DNA of 63,616 bases, filler included, from 6 parts of 6 records of this genome joined end to end with filler, not necessarily neighbours in it, one strand, 5' to 3'; shown: positions 10,155 through 20,764, numbered from the whole stretch's first letter. Translations and numbers: made by a program. The notes: generated from the letters alone by a model not told the origin.

Positions 10155-11025
10155 TGTGACGCCCGGCAACGGCCAGAGCGTCTCTGGCCCGGTCAAGCTG
10201 CGCGGCGTGCACCTGGAATACATGCCAGAGATTGTTGTAGATCTCCAGCGTGGTTTCCACGTGTTCCTGTTTGGCCGCCTCCGCCAATCGACGGGCGTCG
10301 TTGAGCAGAACTTCCTGGCTTCCGACCTGAATCAGCAGGGGAGGCAGGCCACTCAGGTCACCGTAGACCGGCGACACCAGCGGGTGCGTCAAAGGTACGC
10401 CGTTGGCATACATTTTCGCGGCTTTGAAGGTCCAGGCAGCGTGCAGGACCGGTTCACATTCCGGAGTGTAAAGATCCTTTTCTGACAGATCTGTCCAGGG
10501 CGAGAAGCAGGTGACGGATGAGGGCAGTGGATGACCGTGGTCGCGCAATCGCATGGCCAGTACCACCGACAGACCGCCGCCGGCGGAATCTCCGGCCAGG
10601 GCAATGGAGCCGGGGCTTACCCCCTGGTTGATCAAGGCCAGATAGACGGCTTCGGCATCGTCCGGCGCGGCTGGAAACGGATGCTCCGGCGCCAGCCGGT
10701 AGTCCGGGATCAGTACGTCGCAGCCAGAGAATTTGGCCAGATGGCCGGCAATGCCCCGGTGGGTATCGGCAGAGCCCATAACATAGCCTCCGCCGTGAAA
10801 ATACAGCACGGTGCCGCCAGAACGGTCTTCCGGGGAGGCGCGCAGCACCGGTACATCGCCCAGGTCTTCCCACGCGAAACTGACGTCTTTAGGCGGGTAG
10901 GATGTTCGATAAGCTTCCCGGGTGTATCGGCGCTGCACCGATAACGGAAACGCCCGGGACAGGACGGGCTTCACAAAACGGTGCATGGTCCCTCTCAACC
11001 CGGCCTCAAGAAGCGGCTGGAACAT
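10132..11025 (-). CDS. HSL-family alpha/beta hydrolase (esterase)
   Basis: HGGGY, DYRLAPEHPFPA, GDSAGG, WHVF motifs; start placed at MFQPLL. Confidence 0.92.
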   Translation of the reverse strand: MFQPLLEAGLRGTMHRFVKPVLSRAFPLSVQRRYTREAYRTSYPPKDVSFAWEDLGDVPVLRASPEDRSGGTVLYFHGGGYVMGSADTHRGIAGHLAKFSGCDVLIPDYRLAPEHPFPAAPDDAEAVYLALINQGVSPGSIALAGDSAGGGLSVVLAMRLRDHGHPLPSSVTCFSPWTDLSEKDLYTPECEPVLHAAWTFKAAKMYANGVPLTHPLVSPVYGDLSGLPPLLIQVGSQEVLLNDARRLAEAAKQEHVETTLEIYNNLWHVFQVHAAQLDRARDALAVAGRHIRHHLQA

Positions 11026-11095
11026 CTGTGTTCTCCCTTGTGAATGCGTTAGGATGACTGGCATTTATGGATTCATGACAGGCGTTTAACTCTAC

Positions 11096-12085
11096 GTGTA
11101 CTGGAAAACAGATACCATAGAAATACCGAATTGGGACAGACATTCCCTGCTGGACCGTCTGGAACCGTTTGATCCGTCCGCCAGCCGGGAACTGAGTTCC
11201 GAGATGGAGGCGTATTGCCGGTTCTATGGCCTTGATCTTTGGGTTGAGCATCCGGATGTGGTCTACCATCAGGGGTACATCTGTGCCGAGCGGCATGAAG
11301 TGATGGTGCATTACTTCCGGCTGCCGGAGAGCGCCAGCCCGAAAGGCACGGTGTTCATTCTGCATGGTTATTTTGATCATGTGGGTCTGTATACCCAATT
11401 GATTGACCGCTGTCTTGGTGCAGGCTTCGATGTTCTGGCCTACGATCAGCCCGGGCACGGATTGTCGAGTGGCACGCCGGCCGCCATTGGCAGTTTCCTG
11501 GAGTACCAGGCCGTACTGTCGGAAGTAATGGCGAAGGTCAGGGACAAGATTCGGGGGCCCTGGTACGCAGTGGGGCAGAGTACGGGTGGCGCAATATTGA
11601 TTGACTACCTGCTGTCGAACCACCACAACCGGGAGTCCTCGGCGTTCCGCAAAGTGGTGTTGCTGGCGCCACTGGTAAGGCCTATGGGCTGGCTGGGGGC
11701 AAAGATTCTCCACAGTCTGGTCAAACCGTTCCTGACTCGCTGGAAACGGGTATTCGGCCCGAACAGTGGCGATACCCGCTTTCTTCGGTTCCTGCGGGAA
11801 CACGACCCGTTGCAGGCAAGAGCGGTTCATGTCGATTGGGTGACTGCATTGCGACAATGGGTGCCGCACATTGAGTCGGCGAGGCCGGTGGATTTTCCGG
11901 TCACCGTGGTGCAGGGTGAGAAGGATCTGACGGTAGACTGGCAGCACAATCTGAGGATTATCCGGAATAAATTTTCCTCAGTGAAGGAACGAAGAATACC
12001 GGACGGTCGTCATCATCTTGTGAACGAAGCGCAGGATTTGCAGGCGACGGTATTCAATACCATTATCGATGCATTCTCGGAGTAA
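11096..12085 (+). CDS. alpha/beta hydrolase, lysophospholipase/monoglyceride lipase-like
   Basis: LHGYFDH, DQPGHGLS, GQSTGG nucleophile elbow, HHLVNE. Confidence 0.88.
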   Translation: MYWKTDTIEIPNWDRHSLLDRLEPFDPSASRELSSEMEAYCRFYGLDLWVEHPDVVYHQGYICAERHEVMVHYFRLPESASPKGTVFILHGYFDHVGLYTQLIDRCLGAGFDVLAYDQPGHGLSSGTPAAIGSFLEYQAVLSEVMAKVRDKIRGPWYAVGQSTGGAILIDYLLSNHHNRESSAFRKVVLLAPLVRPMGWLGAKILHSLVKPFLTRWKRVFGPNSGDTRFLRFLREHDPLQARAVHVDWVTALRQWVPHIESARPVDFPVTVVQGEKDLTVDWQHNLRIIRNKFSSVKERRIPDGRHHLVNEAQDLQATVFNTIIDAFSE

Positions 12086-12142
12086 GCAGTGGCTGTAGTG
12101 CCAAAAGCTCCGGACCAACGATTACAGAAGCGGGAGAAGACA

Positions 12143-12799
12143 GTGAAAAAGACAATTCTTGCCTTTGCGGTAGCAACTGTTGGCCTGAGTGGCTGTATGA
12201 CCTATGACCCGTATACCGGGGAAGAGAAAACTTCGAATGCCACCAAGGGCAGTATTATTGGCGCGATCGGTGGTGCTGCTATTGGCGCAGCAACCTCCAG
12301 CAGCAGTGATCGTGGCAAAGGCGCACTGATTGGTGCCGCTGGCGGTGCGGCCGTGGGTGGCGGTATCGGCTACTACATGGATCGCCAGGAAGCCCAGCTG
12401 CGCCAGAAGCTGGAAGGTACCGGTGTTCGCGTCGTCCGTAATGGTGACCAGATCGACCTGATCATGCCGGGTAACATCACCTTTGATACGGATCAGTCCA
12501 CCATCCGTTCCGGTTTTACCGGCACTCTTGAGTCTGTGGCTCTGGTTCTGAAAGAGTTCGACAAAACCATCATCCAGATTGAAGGCCATACTGACAGCAC
12601 CGGTTCAGACAGCTACAACCAGCTGTTGAGCGAGCGTCGCGCGTCTTCTGTCCGTGACTTCCTGTTGAATCAGGGCATTGAGCCCCGTCGTACCCGGGCC
12701 ACCGGTTATGGCGAGCGCTACCCGATTGCTTCCAACGATACGGCGGCTGGTCGTGAGCAGAACCGTCGCGTTGAGCTGACGCTGGTGCCGATGCAGTAA
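12143..12799 (+). CDS. OmpA-family lipoprotein with glycine zipper (YiaD-like)
   Basis: GTG start, LSGC lipobox, glycine zipper, EGHTDSTGS...NQLLSERRA...NRRVE. Confidence 0.93.
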   Translation: MKKTILAFAVATVGLSGCMTYDPYTGEEKTSNATKGSIIGAIGGAAIGAATSSSSDRGKGALIGAAGGAAVGGGIGYYMDRQEAQLRQKLEGTGVRVVRNGDQIDLIMPGNITFDTDQSTIRSGFTGTLESVALVLKEFDKTIIQIEGHTDSTGSDSYNQLLSERRASSVRDFLLNQGIEPRRTRATGYGERYPIASNDTAAGREQNRRVELTLVPMQ

Positions 12800-12819
12800 T
12801 ATCCTGCTCAGCATTCAAC

Positions 12820-12850
12820 AAAAAAGCCCCGGTTTATGCCGGGGCTTTTT
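12820..12850. terminator. bidirectional intrinsic terminator
   Basis: AAAAAAGCCCCGG-TTTATG-CCGGGGCTTTTT between convergent genes. Confidence 0.88.
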
Positions 12851-12868
12851 GCTTTCTGGCTGTCGCAA

Positions 12869-13153
12869 TCAGTTGGTGTTGCTCGGCAGCCATTCGTCGA
12901 TTCGCTTCTTCAGATCCTCCAGCTGATCTTCGCCGGAGTCCTTGAGTTCGCCCAGTTTGCTTCGGGCAGTCTCGATGTGGTCTTCAACGGCCTGAATGCG
13001 CTCGGAAAACTCTCTTTGAATTTCGGCTTCCGCTTGGTCATCCTTTGCCTTGGCCATCTTTTCGTCGGCTTCGGCACGCAGGCTGTCGATCTGTTTGCTC
13101 CAGTACTCGGTCTGGGTTTCCAGTTTCTTCTGCAGAGATTCCTTCAAGGACAT
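12869..13153 (-). CDS. small coiled-coil hypothetical protein
   Basis: GGAGGT RBS before MSLKESLQKKLE; charged helical sequence. Confidence 0.75.
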   Translation of the reverse strand: MSLKESLQKKLETQTEYWSKQIDSLRAEADEKMAKAKDDQAEAEIQREFSERIQAVEDHIETARSKLGELKDSGEDQLEDLKKRIDEWLPSNTN

Positions 13154-13288
13154 AATTACCTCCATGCTGGGCCTGTTCCGGCCCGGTTTGAATGACTGGT
13201 ACTTTTCAGCATGGCTACGTATGGCCGAATCTCAAGGGCGGCAGCATGAAGTTTTGTTGAAATGCGGCGTTGTGGCCCGAAATGGCAT

Positions 13289-13323
13289 AAAAAAACCGGA
13301 GCTCCCAGGGGGATGCTCCGGTT
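13289..13323 (-). terminator. intrinsic terminator downstream of serA
   Basis: CCGGAGC...GCTCCGG stem followed by a U-tract on the minus strand. Confidence 0.75.
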
Positions 13324-13341
13324 CTTGAAGGCAGCTGTCTG

Positions 13342-14571
13342 TCAGAACAGTACGCGGCAGCGAATAGTGCCTTTTACCTGGCGGAGCTTTTCCAGCGCCA
13401 GCTCACCGTAGGCCTTGTCCACATCGACCACCACATAACCAATATCTTCCTTGGTTTGCAGGTACTGGCCACAGACGTTGATGCCGTTTTCGGAGAACAC
13501 CTGGTTGATTTCCGACATTACGCCCGGCACGTTCTCGTGAATGTGCAGCAGGCGGTGCTGGTTCGGGTGCGACGGCAGCGCCACTTCCGGGAAGTTCACC
13601 GAAGAAACGGAGGTGCCGTTGTCGCTGTACATGGCCAGCTTCTCGGCCACTTCGCGCCCGATGTTTTCCTGGGCTTCAATGGTTGAGCCACCCACGTGCG
13701 GAGTCAGGATGCAGTTGTCGAACTCGCGCAGTGGCGAGACAAACTCTTCGTCGTTGGACTTGGGCTCCACCGGGAATACGTCGATGGCCGCGCCCAGCAG
13801 TTTACCGGAGCTCAGCGCATCGGCCAGGGCGTCGATATCCACCACGGTACCGCGGGAAGCGTTCATCAGAATGCTGCCCGGCTTCATCTGGGCAAACTGC
13901 TCGGCCTTGAACATGTATTTGGTTGCCGGAGTCTCCGGTACGTGCAGGGAAACCACATCGGAAATGTTCAGCAGTTCCTGTAGCGTGCCCACTTGCGTGG
14001 CGTTACCAATCGGCAGTTTGGAAACCACGTCGTAGAAATAGACGTCCATTCCCAGGCTTTCGGCCAGCACGCTGAACTGGGTGCCGATGTTGCCGTAACC
14101 GATGATGCCAAGCTTCTTGCCACGAATCTCATAGCTGTTCTTGGCGGATTTCAGCCACTCGCCACGGTGGGCTTTGGCGTTTTTTTCCGGCACGCCGCGC
14201 AGCAGCAGGATGGCCTGGGCCAGAACCAGTTCTGCCACGGAACGGGTGTTGGAGAAAGGCGCGTTGAACACGGCCACGCCACGGCGGGTCGCGGCCTGCA
14301 GGTCAACCTGGTTGGTGCCGATACAGAAGCAGCCCACAGCCACCAGCTTCCTGGCGGCTTCAAATACTTTCTCGGTCAACTGGGTGCGAGAGCGGATACC
14401 AACGAAGTGCGCATCGGCAATCTTCTCGATCAGCTCTTCCTCACCCAATGAATGGGTCAGATACTCGATATTGGTGTAACCCGCGGCATTCAGGGTATCA
14501 ATGGCAGATTGATGCACGCCTTCCAGCAGCAGGATCCGGATTTTGCTCTTTTCGAGAGACGTATTTGACAT
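13342..14571 (-). CDS. serA: D-3-phosphoglycerate dehydrogenase
   Basis: GIRSRT, FCIGTNQVDL, NAPFSNTRSVAE, GYGNIG, TPHVGGST, C-terminal ACT domain. Confidence 0.97.
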   Translation of the reverse strand: MSNTSLEKSKIRILLLEGVHQSAIDTLNAAGYTNIEYLTHSLGEEELIEKIADAHFVGIRSRTQLTEKVFEAARKLVAVGCFCIGTNQVDLQAATRRGVAVFNAPFSNTRSVAELVLAQAILLLRGVPEKNAKAHRGEWLKSAKNSYEIRGKKLGIIGYGNIGTQFSVLAESLGMDVYFYDVVSKLPIGNATQVGTLQELLNISDVVSLHVPETPATKYMFKAEQFAQMKPGSILMNASRGTVVDIDALADALSSGKLLGAAIDVFPVEPKSNDEEFVSPLREFDNCILTPHVGGSTIEAQENIGREVAEKLAMYSDNGTSVSSVNFPEVALPSHPNQHRLLHIHENVPGVMSEINQVFSENGINVCGQYLQTKEDIGYVVVDVDKAYGELALEKLRQVKGTIRCRVLF

Positions 14572-14760
14572 GGGCTTGCTTCCGAACCTTTCGTCACGTG
14601 AAATGACCTGCAGCCAGGGATCGTCGGCCTGGCTCACAGAACAGGGGCGGTATGATACCATAAACGCAGATTTTCACAGCGCGCCGGTTTGCCTGAATCA
14701 ATTCTTTGTGAGTGATCTCTGAACAGGCCCTGGCCCAACTTCGAAGAGACTGACACATCC

Positions 14761-16164
14761 ATGAGTTCCGAACAGATCATCGCTTCCCTTAAAGAGCTGG
14801 TTGCCACCTCCGAAAACCCGGGCAAGGTTCTCACCGATCCTGCGGATCTGGACAATTACGGCAAGGACTGGACCAAAATCTACCCGCCCAAGCCGCTGGC
14901 CATTGTCCTGCCGAAAACCACGGAGCAGGTGCAGGCGCTGGTGAAGTTTGCCAATGACAATCAGGTGGCTCTGGTACCTTCGGGCGGACGTACCGGCCTG
15001 AGTGCAGGCGCCGTGGCCGCCAATGGCGAAGTGGTGGTAGCGTTCGACAACATGAACCAGATTCTGGATTTCAACGCCAGTGATCGCACCGTACGTTGCC
15101 AGGCCGGGGTGGTGACCGAGCAACTGCAGACCTTTGCCGAAGAAAACGGCCTGTACTATCCGGTGGATTTTGCCTCCGCCGGGTCGAGCCAGCTCGGTGG
15201 CAACCTGTCCACCAATGCCGGCGGCATCAAGGTCATTCGCTGGGGCATGAGCCGGGACTGGGTTGCCGGACTGAAAGTGGTGACCGGTAAAGGTGATGTG
15301 CTGGATCTGAACAAGGATCTGGCCAAGAACAACACCGGCTACGATCTGCGACATCTGTTCATCGGTGCCGAGGGCACCCTGGGTTTCATTACCGAAGCCA
15401 CCATGAAGCTTACCCGCAAGCCGGACGACCTGACCGTGCTGGTGCTGGGCCTGAATGACCTCACCAACACCATGGATGTCTTGCAGGCTTTCCAGAAAAA
15501 ACTGGATCTGACCGCCTACGAGTTTTTCTCTCACCAGGCCATGGGGCATGTACTGGCCCACGGCCAGGTTCAGGCACCGTTCGAGACCGAGGCTCCATAT
15601 TATGCGTTGCTGGAGTTCGAGGCTGTTTCTGATCAGGTGATGGACGATGCCATGGCACTGTTTGAGCAGTGTGTGGAAGAAGGCTGGGTGCTGGATGGCG
15701 TCATCAGCCAGAGTGAAACCCAGGCACAGAACCTTTGGCAACTGCGTGAGCGGATTTCCGAATCCATCGCGCCGCGAATTCCCTACAAGAACGATATCTC
15801 GGTGGTGGTTTCCAAGGTGCCGGGCTTCCTCCAGGAAATCGACAACGTGGTTACCGAACACTACCCGGACTTCGAGATCATCTGGTTCGGCCACATTGGT
15901 GACGGCAACCTGCACCTGAACATCCTCAAACCGGAGGACATGGCGAAGGAAGATTTCTTCGAAAAATGCCAGCAGGTGAACAAGTGGGTATTTGAAATTG
16001 TCGAGCGTTATCAGGGCAGTGTCTCTGCTGAGCACGGTGTGGGCATGACCAAGAAACCCTACCTGCAGTACACCCGCAGCGAGGCGGAAATTGCCTACCT
16101 GCGCGGTATCAAGCAGGTGTTCGATCCCAATAACATCATGAACCCGGGCAAGATCTTCGACTGA
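14761..16164 (+). CDS. FAD-binding oxidoreductase, D-2-hydroxyglutarate dehydrogenase-like
   Basis: SGGRTGLS, STNAGG, KNNTGYDL, IGAEGTLG, FGHIGDGNLH, SAEHGVG, MNPGK; divergent from serA. Confidence 0.88.
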   Translation: MSSEQIIASLKELVATSENPGKVLTDPADLDNYGKDWTKIYPPKPLAIVLPKTTEQVQALVKFANDNQVALVPSGGRTGLSAGAVAANGEVVVAFDNMNQILDFNASDRTVRCQAGVVTEQLQTFAEENGLYYPVDFASAGSSQLGGNLSTNAGGIKVIRWGMSRDWVAGLKVVTGKGDVLDLNKDLAKNNTGYDLRHLFIGAEGTLGFITEATMKLTRKPDDLTVLVLGLNDLTNTMDVLQAFQKKLDLTAYEFFSHQAMGHVLAHGQVQAPFETEAPYYALLEFEAVSDQVMDDAMALFEQCVEEGWVLDGVISQSETQAQNLWQLRERISESIAPRIPYKNDISVVVSKVPGFLQEIDNVVTEHYPDFEIIWFGHIGDGNLHLNILKPEDMAKEDFFEKCQQVNKWVFEIVERYQGSVSAEHGVGMTKKPYLQYTRSEAEIAYLRGIKQVFDPNNIMNPGKIFD

Positions 16165-16841
16165 TGCAAGAGCACATTGTTGTACTCACCGGCGCTGGAA
16201 TCAGCGCCGAAAGCGGCCTCTCCACCTTCCGGGACAACGGTGGGCTGTGGGAGCAGCACAGTGTGTACGACGTGGCCACGCCGGAGGCGTTCGAGCGCAA
16301 CCGGGATCTGGTGCTGAGGTTCTATAACGAGCGCAGGCGGCAACTTCAAACCGTCCAGCCCAATCCTGCGCACCGCTTGCTGGCGGAGCTGGAAAGCCGT
16401 TTTCAGGTGACCGTGGTCACCCAGAATGTGGACGACCTGCATGAGCGCGGCGGTTCGAGCAATGTGCTGCACCTGCACGGTGAACTCACCAAGGCCCGCA
16501 GTTCCGCCTATCCGGACCTCATTTACGACATCGGCTACAACGACATCAATCCCGGGGATACCTGTGATCGCGGTGCCCAGCTTCGGCCCCATATCGTCTG
16601 GTTCGGCGAAGAAGTCCCGATGCTGGATGCGGCGGCAGAGGTGGTGCGCACCGCAGATCAGTTGCTGATTGTGGGTACGTCGCTGCAGGTATATCCGGCG
16701 GCAGGGCTGGTCTACGAGGTGGACATTGATGTGCCCATCACGGTGATTGATCCCGGCGAACCTGCGTCCGTCTCCCGGGCACGGGTGATTCGCAAAGGGG
16801 CCTCGGAAGGGGTGCGGGAGTGGGTTTCGCGTTATTTGTGA
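16164..16841 (+). CDS. cobB: Sir2-family NAD-dependent protein deacylase
   Basis: TGAGISAESG, TQNVDDLHE, HLHGE, RPHIVWFGE, GTSLQVYPAA. Confidence 0.93.
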   Translation: MQEHIVVLTGAGISAESGLSTFRDNGGLWEQHSVYDVATPEAFERNRDLVLRFYNERRRQLQTVQPNPAHRLLAELESRFQVTVVTQNVDDLHERGGSSNVLHLHGELTKARSSAYPDLIYDIGYNDINPGDTCDRGAQLRPHIVWFGEEVPMLDAAAEVVRTADQLLIVGTSLQVYPAAGLVYEVDIDVPITVIDPGEPASVSRARVIRKGASEGVREWVSRYL

Positions 16842-16849
16842 ACTTGGCG

Positions 16850-18154
16850 TTAGCCTCGGAGGTATTTCTCCAGTTCACTTCTGAATGCGGCCTGAACACC
16901 TAAGCGTTTTAGCATCCAGTAATGCCCCGCAATCATCCGGTCTATGAAAATACTCTCGACCGGTGGTTTGAAGTAATCCAGATATTTGAACACCGTGCTG
17001 GTTTTTGCGGCCACGTGTTTATGGATATCGGCCTCGGCGAAGTCGTAGGGCTCATCGTTCAGGAACGGGATGATCAGGATATCCCTCCACATGGCGTAAT
17101 AGGCTTCATCGACCGCCGGTTGGCTGTCCACGCGAGCGCCCAGGTCGATCAGGTACTGGTCCAGGGCCTGGTAGTCCTCATCCAGCGCTGCGATCAAGGC
17201 TTTGCGGTAGGCTTCGACAATCTCCGGTTTGAGTTTCTTCACGCAGCCGAAGTCATACATGATAATGGTGCCATCCGGCCGGTAGGCGAAATTGCCCGCG
17301 TGAGGGTCGCCGTGAATGCACTGGAACCGGAACAGCTGATCGGCCATGATCGTGAAAATCCGGTGGCCAATCAGGTTGAGGGTTTCCTGGGAGTAGTGTT
17401 CCGGTGTGACCTTGCTGACGTGGTCGCCCTCCACCAGCCCCAGGGTCAGGACCCGACGGGTTGAATGGCTGTCGACCACCTCCGGGATGATCACCCACGG
17501 CTGATCATTGTGGAATTCGTGGAACAGCTTGAGGTTTCGCGCCTCGTTCTCGTAATCCAGCTCTTCCTTCAGTCGCACCCGGATTTCGCCGAACAGCTGG
17601 TCAACCGTCTCCTTGGGCATTTTCAACAGGCCGCCGAGCTTCAGGGCCAGTCGTAGCTGTTTGAGGTCGGAGTCGCAGGATTCATCCACGCCGGGGTATT
17701 GCACTTTCACGATCACATCCGTGCCATCGTGCAGGCGGGCGCGGTGTACCTGGCCGATGGAGGCAGAGGCGTAGGGTGTTTCCTGCAGGTATTCAAACAG
17801 CTCGCCAACCGGCTTGCCCAGCTCACTTTCCACCTGTTCCAGAATCACCTCGAATGGCATCGGTGGTGCTTCTTTCTGGAGTTTTTCCAGCGCGTCCGAG
17901 AATTCTTTGGGCAGGAAGTCCTGGGTCTGGGAGGCTATCTGCCCCACCTTCATCACCGCCCCCTTGAGCTCGCCCAGGGTATCGGCAATTTGCCCGGCCA
18001 TCCGGGTGTAGCTTTCGCTCTGGGCGCCTTCGTCATTTTCGGTGCGGAACATGCGCCGCGCTCTCTGGCCGGCGTACTGGCCCGCCACCGTGGCGGTCAT
18101 GCCTGCGAGTTTGAAGAAGCGTCCTGTGCGTGAAGTAACGGGTTTCCTGGCCAT
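16850..18154 (-). CDS. ABC1/UbiB/COQ8-family atypical kinase
   Basis: LKGAVMKVGQ, ASASIGQVHRA, VKVQYPG, ELDY, HGDPHAGN, DFG. Confidence 0.92.
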   Translation of the reverse strand: MARKPVTSRTGRFFKLAGMTATVAGQYAGQRARRMFRTENDEGAQSESYTRMAGQIADTLGELKGAVMKVGQIASQTQDFLPKEFSDALEKLQKEAPPMPFEVILEQVESELGKPVGELFEYLQETPYASASIGQVHRARLHDGTDVIVKVQYPGVDESCDSDLKQLRLALKLGGLLKMPKETVDQLFGEIRVRLKEELDYENEARNLKLFHEFHNDQPWVIIPEVVDSHSTRRVLTLGLVEGDHVSKVTPEHYSQETLNLIGHRIFTIMADQLFRFQCIHGDPHAGNFAYRPDGTIIMYDFGCVKKLKPEIVEAYRKALIAALDEDYQALDQYLIDLGARVDSQPAVDEAYYAMWRDILIIPFLNDEPYDFAEADIHKHVAAKTSTVFKYLDYFKPPVESIFIDRMIAGHYWMLKRLGVQAAFRSELEKYLRG

Positions 18155-18214
18155 GGTAGTGCCTGTTCTACGGGAAGTTTGCAGCTCGTCTGAATATCCG
18201 TATCCGTGTTGCGT

Positions 18215-18877
18215 TCAGACCACTGTGGTCTCCACAAATAACACATCTTCCAGCTCCAGGGACAGAGTCTGGCCGCTGACAAGCGGGCCAACGCCTTTGG
18301 GCGTGCCAGTCAGCACCACATCGCCGGGTAACAGGGTGAACTGGGTGCTCATATGAGCAATCAGGGGCACGATCGGGTTCAGCATGTCGCCGGTATTCCC
18401 GGTCTGCTGGCGCTGGCCGTCGATATCCAGTGTGAAGTTCAGGTTGCCCTTGGCAAGTTGGTCGGCGGCAACGAACGGTGAAAGCGGGCAGGCGCCGTCG
18501 AAGGCCTTTGCGCGCTCCCAGGGGTGTCCCTTTTCTTTCAGGCTGCTTTGCACGTCCCGCAAGGTGAGGTCCAGGGCCAGGCCATAACCGAGAATGGCAC
18601 TTTCCACTTCGCTGGCGGAGGCATTGGTCAGGGGGCGGCCGATAAGTACGGCCAGTTCGGTTTCAAAGTGCACCGCACCCTGGCCTCTGGGGTAGACCAG
18701 CGGGCGGGTGATATGAACCGCTGCGGTGGAGGGTTTGATAAACAGCAGCGGTTCTTCCGGTACCGGGTTGTTCAGCTCCCGGGCGTGTTCGGCGTAGTTG
18801 CGCCCCACACAAACGATTTTGCCAAGGGGAAGATGAACCGGTGTTCCATCTTTCCAGTGATGCTGATAATCGCCCAT
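18215..18877 (-). CDS. fumarylacetoacetate hydrolase family protein
   Basis: KIVCVGRNYAEH, DLTLRD, AKAFD, LLPGDVVLTGTPKGVG. Confidence 0.93.
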   Translation of the reverse strand: MGDYQHHWKDGTPVHLPLGKIVCVGRNYAEHARELNNPVPEEPLLFIKPSTAAVHITRPLVYPRGQGAVHFETELAVLIGRPLTNASASEVESAILGYGLALDLTLRDVQSSLKEKGHPWERAKAFDGACPLSPFVAADQLAKGNLNFTLDIDGQRQQTGNTGDMLNPIVPLIAHMSTQFTLLPGDVVLTGTPKGVGPLVSGQTLSLELEDVLFVETTVV

Positions 18878-18891
18878 GGTGGCGCCTCCGC

Positions 18892-19434
18892 TCAGTCTCC
18901 TTCGAATGAGCAGACAGTATAAACCTGCAGACCTTCTTCCTGCAGCTTGCGTGAGCCACCCAGATCCGGCAGATCAATCATGGCTGCGACCTCTACGATT
19001 TCAGCACCGATACGGCGGATCAGACGGGTTGCGGCCAGCATGGTGCCGCCAGTGGCAATCAGGTCGTCCACCAGGATGACCTTGTCGCCGGGTTTGAAAG
19101 CGTCTTCGTGCAGCTCGACGGAAGCCGTGCCGTATTCCAGTTCGTAGTCTTCCACCAGGGTGTCGAAGGGCAGTTTGCCCTTCTTGCGCACGAGTACCAG
19201 AGACGCATTCAGCTCGTAGGCCAGCGCCGAGCCAATAATGAAGCCTCGGGCATCGACGGCGGCAACCGCATCAATGTGCTGGCCATGGTAGCGATGGACA
19301 AAGGCATCGATCAGTTTACGAAATGCCGTTTTGTCCTGAAGGACCGTGGTGATGTCCCGGAAGGAGACGCCGGGTTTGGGCCAGTCCGGCACAGTGCGGA
19401 TGGCTTTCTTGATGCTCTCGGAAAAATAGTCCAT
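18892..19434 (-). CDS. apt: adenine phosphoribosyltransferase
   Basis: [38 protein letters not shown]. Confidence 0.97.
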   Translation of the reverse strand: MDYFSESIKKAIRTVPDWPKPGVSFRDITTVLQDKTAFRKLIDAFVHRYHGQHIDAVAAVDARGFIIGSALAYELNASLVLVRKKGKLPFDTLVEDYELEYGTASVELHEDAFKPGDKVILVDDLIATGGTMLAATRLIRRIGAEIVEVAAMIDLPDLGGSRKLQEEGLQVYTVCSFEGD

Positions 19435-19465
19435 GGGCGGATCCGGTGATTACTCTGGGCGCCGC

Positions 19466-20764
19466 TCAGGCGGCGTCCAGGAACATGAATTTCAGAACAA
19501 ATACAACGGCAATGGTAACGACACTGGCGTTAAGATCGGACCAGCGGCCAGACAACGCCTTGATCACGGCGTAGGTGATGAAACCCAGGGCAATGCCGTT
19601 TGCAATAGAGAAGGTCAGCGGCATGGTCAGTGCAGTGACGATCGCTGGTGCGGCGTCGGTGATGTCATCCCAATCGATCAGTTTGAGGCCGCTTGCCATC
19701 AGCACGGCGACGTAGAACAGGGCCGGTGCGGTCGCATAGGCAGGGATGATGCTCGCGATCGGTGACAGCAGCAAACAGGCGAGGAAAAGCAGGGCGACGA
19801 CAACCGCCGTCAGTCCTGTGCGACCACCGGCGGAAATGCCAGCGGTTGATTCGATATAGCTGGTGGTGGTTGAGGTACCCAGGGCTGCGCCTGACATGGT
19901 TGCGACGGAATCCGACATCAGAGCTCGTCCGAGACGGGGCAGCTTGCCATCTTTATCCAGCAATCCACCACGCTGGGCTGCTCCGATCAGGGTGCCGGAG
20001 GTATCGAAAAGATCCACGAACAGAAAGGCAAAGATAATGCTGATCATGCCAACATTCAGTGCGCCGGCCAGATCAAGTTGCATAAAGGTGGGGGCAAGGC
20101 TGGGTGGGGCAGACACAAAACCTTTGTATTCCACCATGCCAAGCATCATGGCGGCCACGGTAACAGCAAGGATGCCGATCATTACGGCGCCGGTGATTCT
20201 GCGGAATGAAAGTGCACAGATCAGTACGAATCCTGCGAAGAACAGCAGGCTCTCAGCCACTTTAATGTCGCCCAGACCCACAAGGGTCGCAGGGTTATCT
20301 ACCACGATGCCGGCGTTTTTCAGTGCGATCAGAGCAAGAAAGAATCCGATGCCGGCGGAAATGCCAAAGCGTAAGGACATCGGAATGCTGTTGATGATCC
20401 ATTCCCGGATCTTGACCACACTCAGAATGAAGAAAATAAACCCGGAGAGAAAGACAGCGCCCAGCGCCACTTCCCAGCTGTATCCCATACTGCCGACGAC
20501 CGTGAACGAGAAAAAGGCGTTCAGGCCCATGCCGGGGGCCAGGGCAATTGGATAGTTTGCCCAGAGGCCCATAATCAGCGTACCGATGGTTGCGGCCAGA
20601 CAGGTGGCCACGAAAACGGCTCCGAAATCCATGCCGGTGGACGACAGGATGCTGGGGTTGACCACGATTATGTAGGCCATGGTCAGGAAGGTGGTAATGC
20701 CAGCTACCACTTCTTTACGGACAGTGGTGCCGTGGGCCTGGAGTTGGAACAGTCGTTCAAGCAT
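19466..20764 (-). CDS. NCS2/AzgA-family purine permease
   Basis: AGITTFLTMAYI, APGMGLNAFF, TTSYIES, GGRTGL; multiple TM segments; upstream of apt. Confidence 0.93.
   Translation of the reverse strand: MLERLFQLQAHGTTVRKEVVAGITTFLTMAYIIVVNPSILSSTGMDFGAVFVATCLAATIGTLIMGLWANYPIALAPGMGLNAFFSFTVVGSMGYSWEVALGAVFLSGFIFFILSVVKIREWIINSIPMSLRFGISAGIGFFLALIALKNAGIVVDNPATLVGLGDIKVAESLLFFAGFVLICALSFRRITGAVMIGILAVTVAAMMLGMVEYKGFVSAPPSLAPTFMQLDLAGALNVGMISIIFAFLFVDLFDTSGTLIGAAQRGGLLDKDGKLPRLGRALMSDSVATMSGAALGTSTTTSYIESTAGISAGGRTGLTAVVVALLFLACLLLSPIASIIPAYATAPALFYVAVLMASGLKLIDWDDITDAAPAIVTALTMPLTFSIANGIALGFITYAVIKALSGRWSDLNASVVTIAVVFVLKFMFLDAA

Noticed and set aside
11006-11947. 313-aa minus-strand ORF
   Set aside because: Antisense shadow of the alpha/beta hydrolase; no motifs
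14698-16035. 445-aa minus-strand ORF
   Set aside because: Antisense shadow of the FAD oxidoreductase, typical of high-GC codon bias
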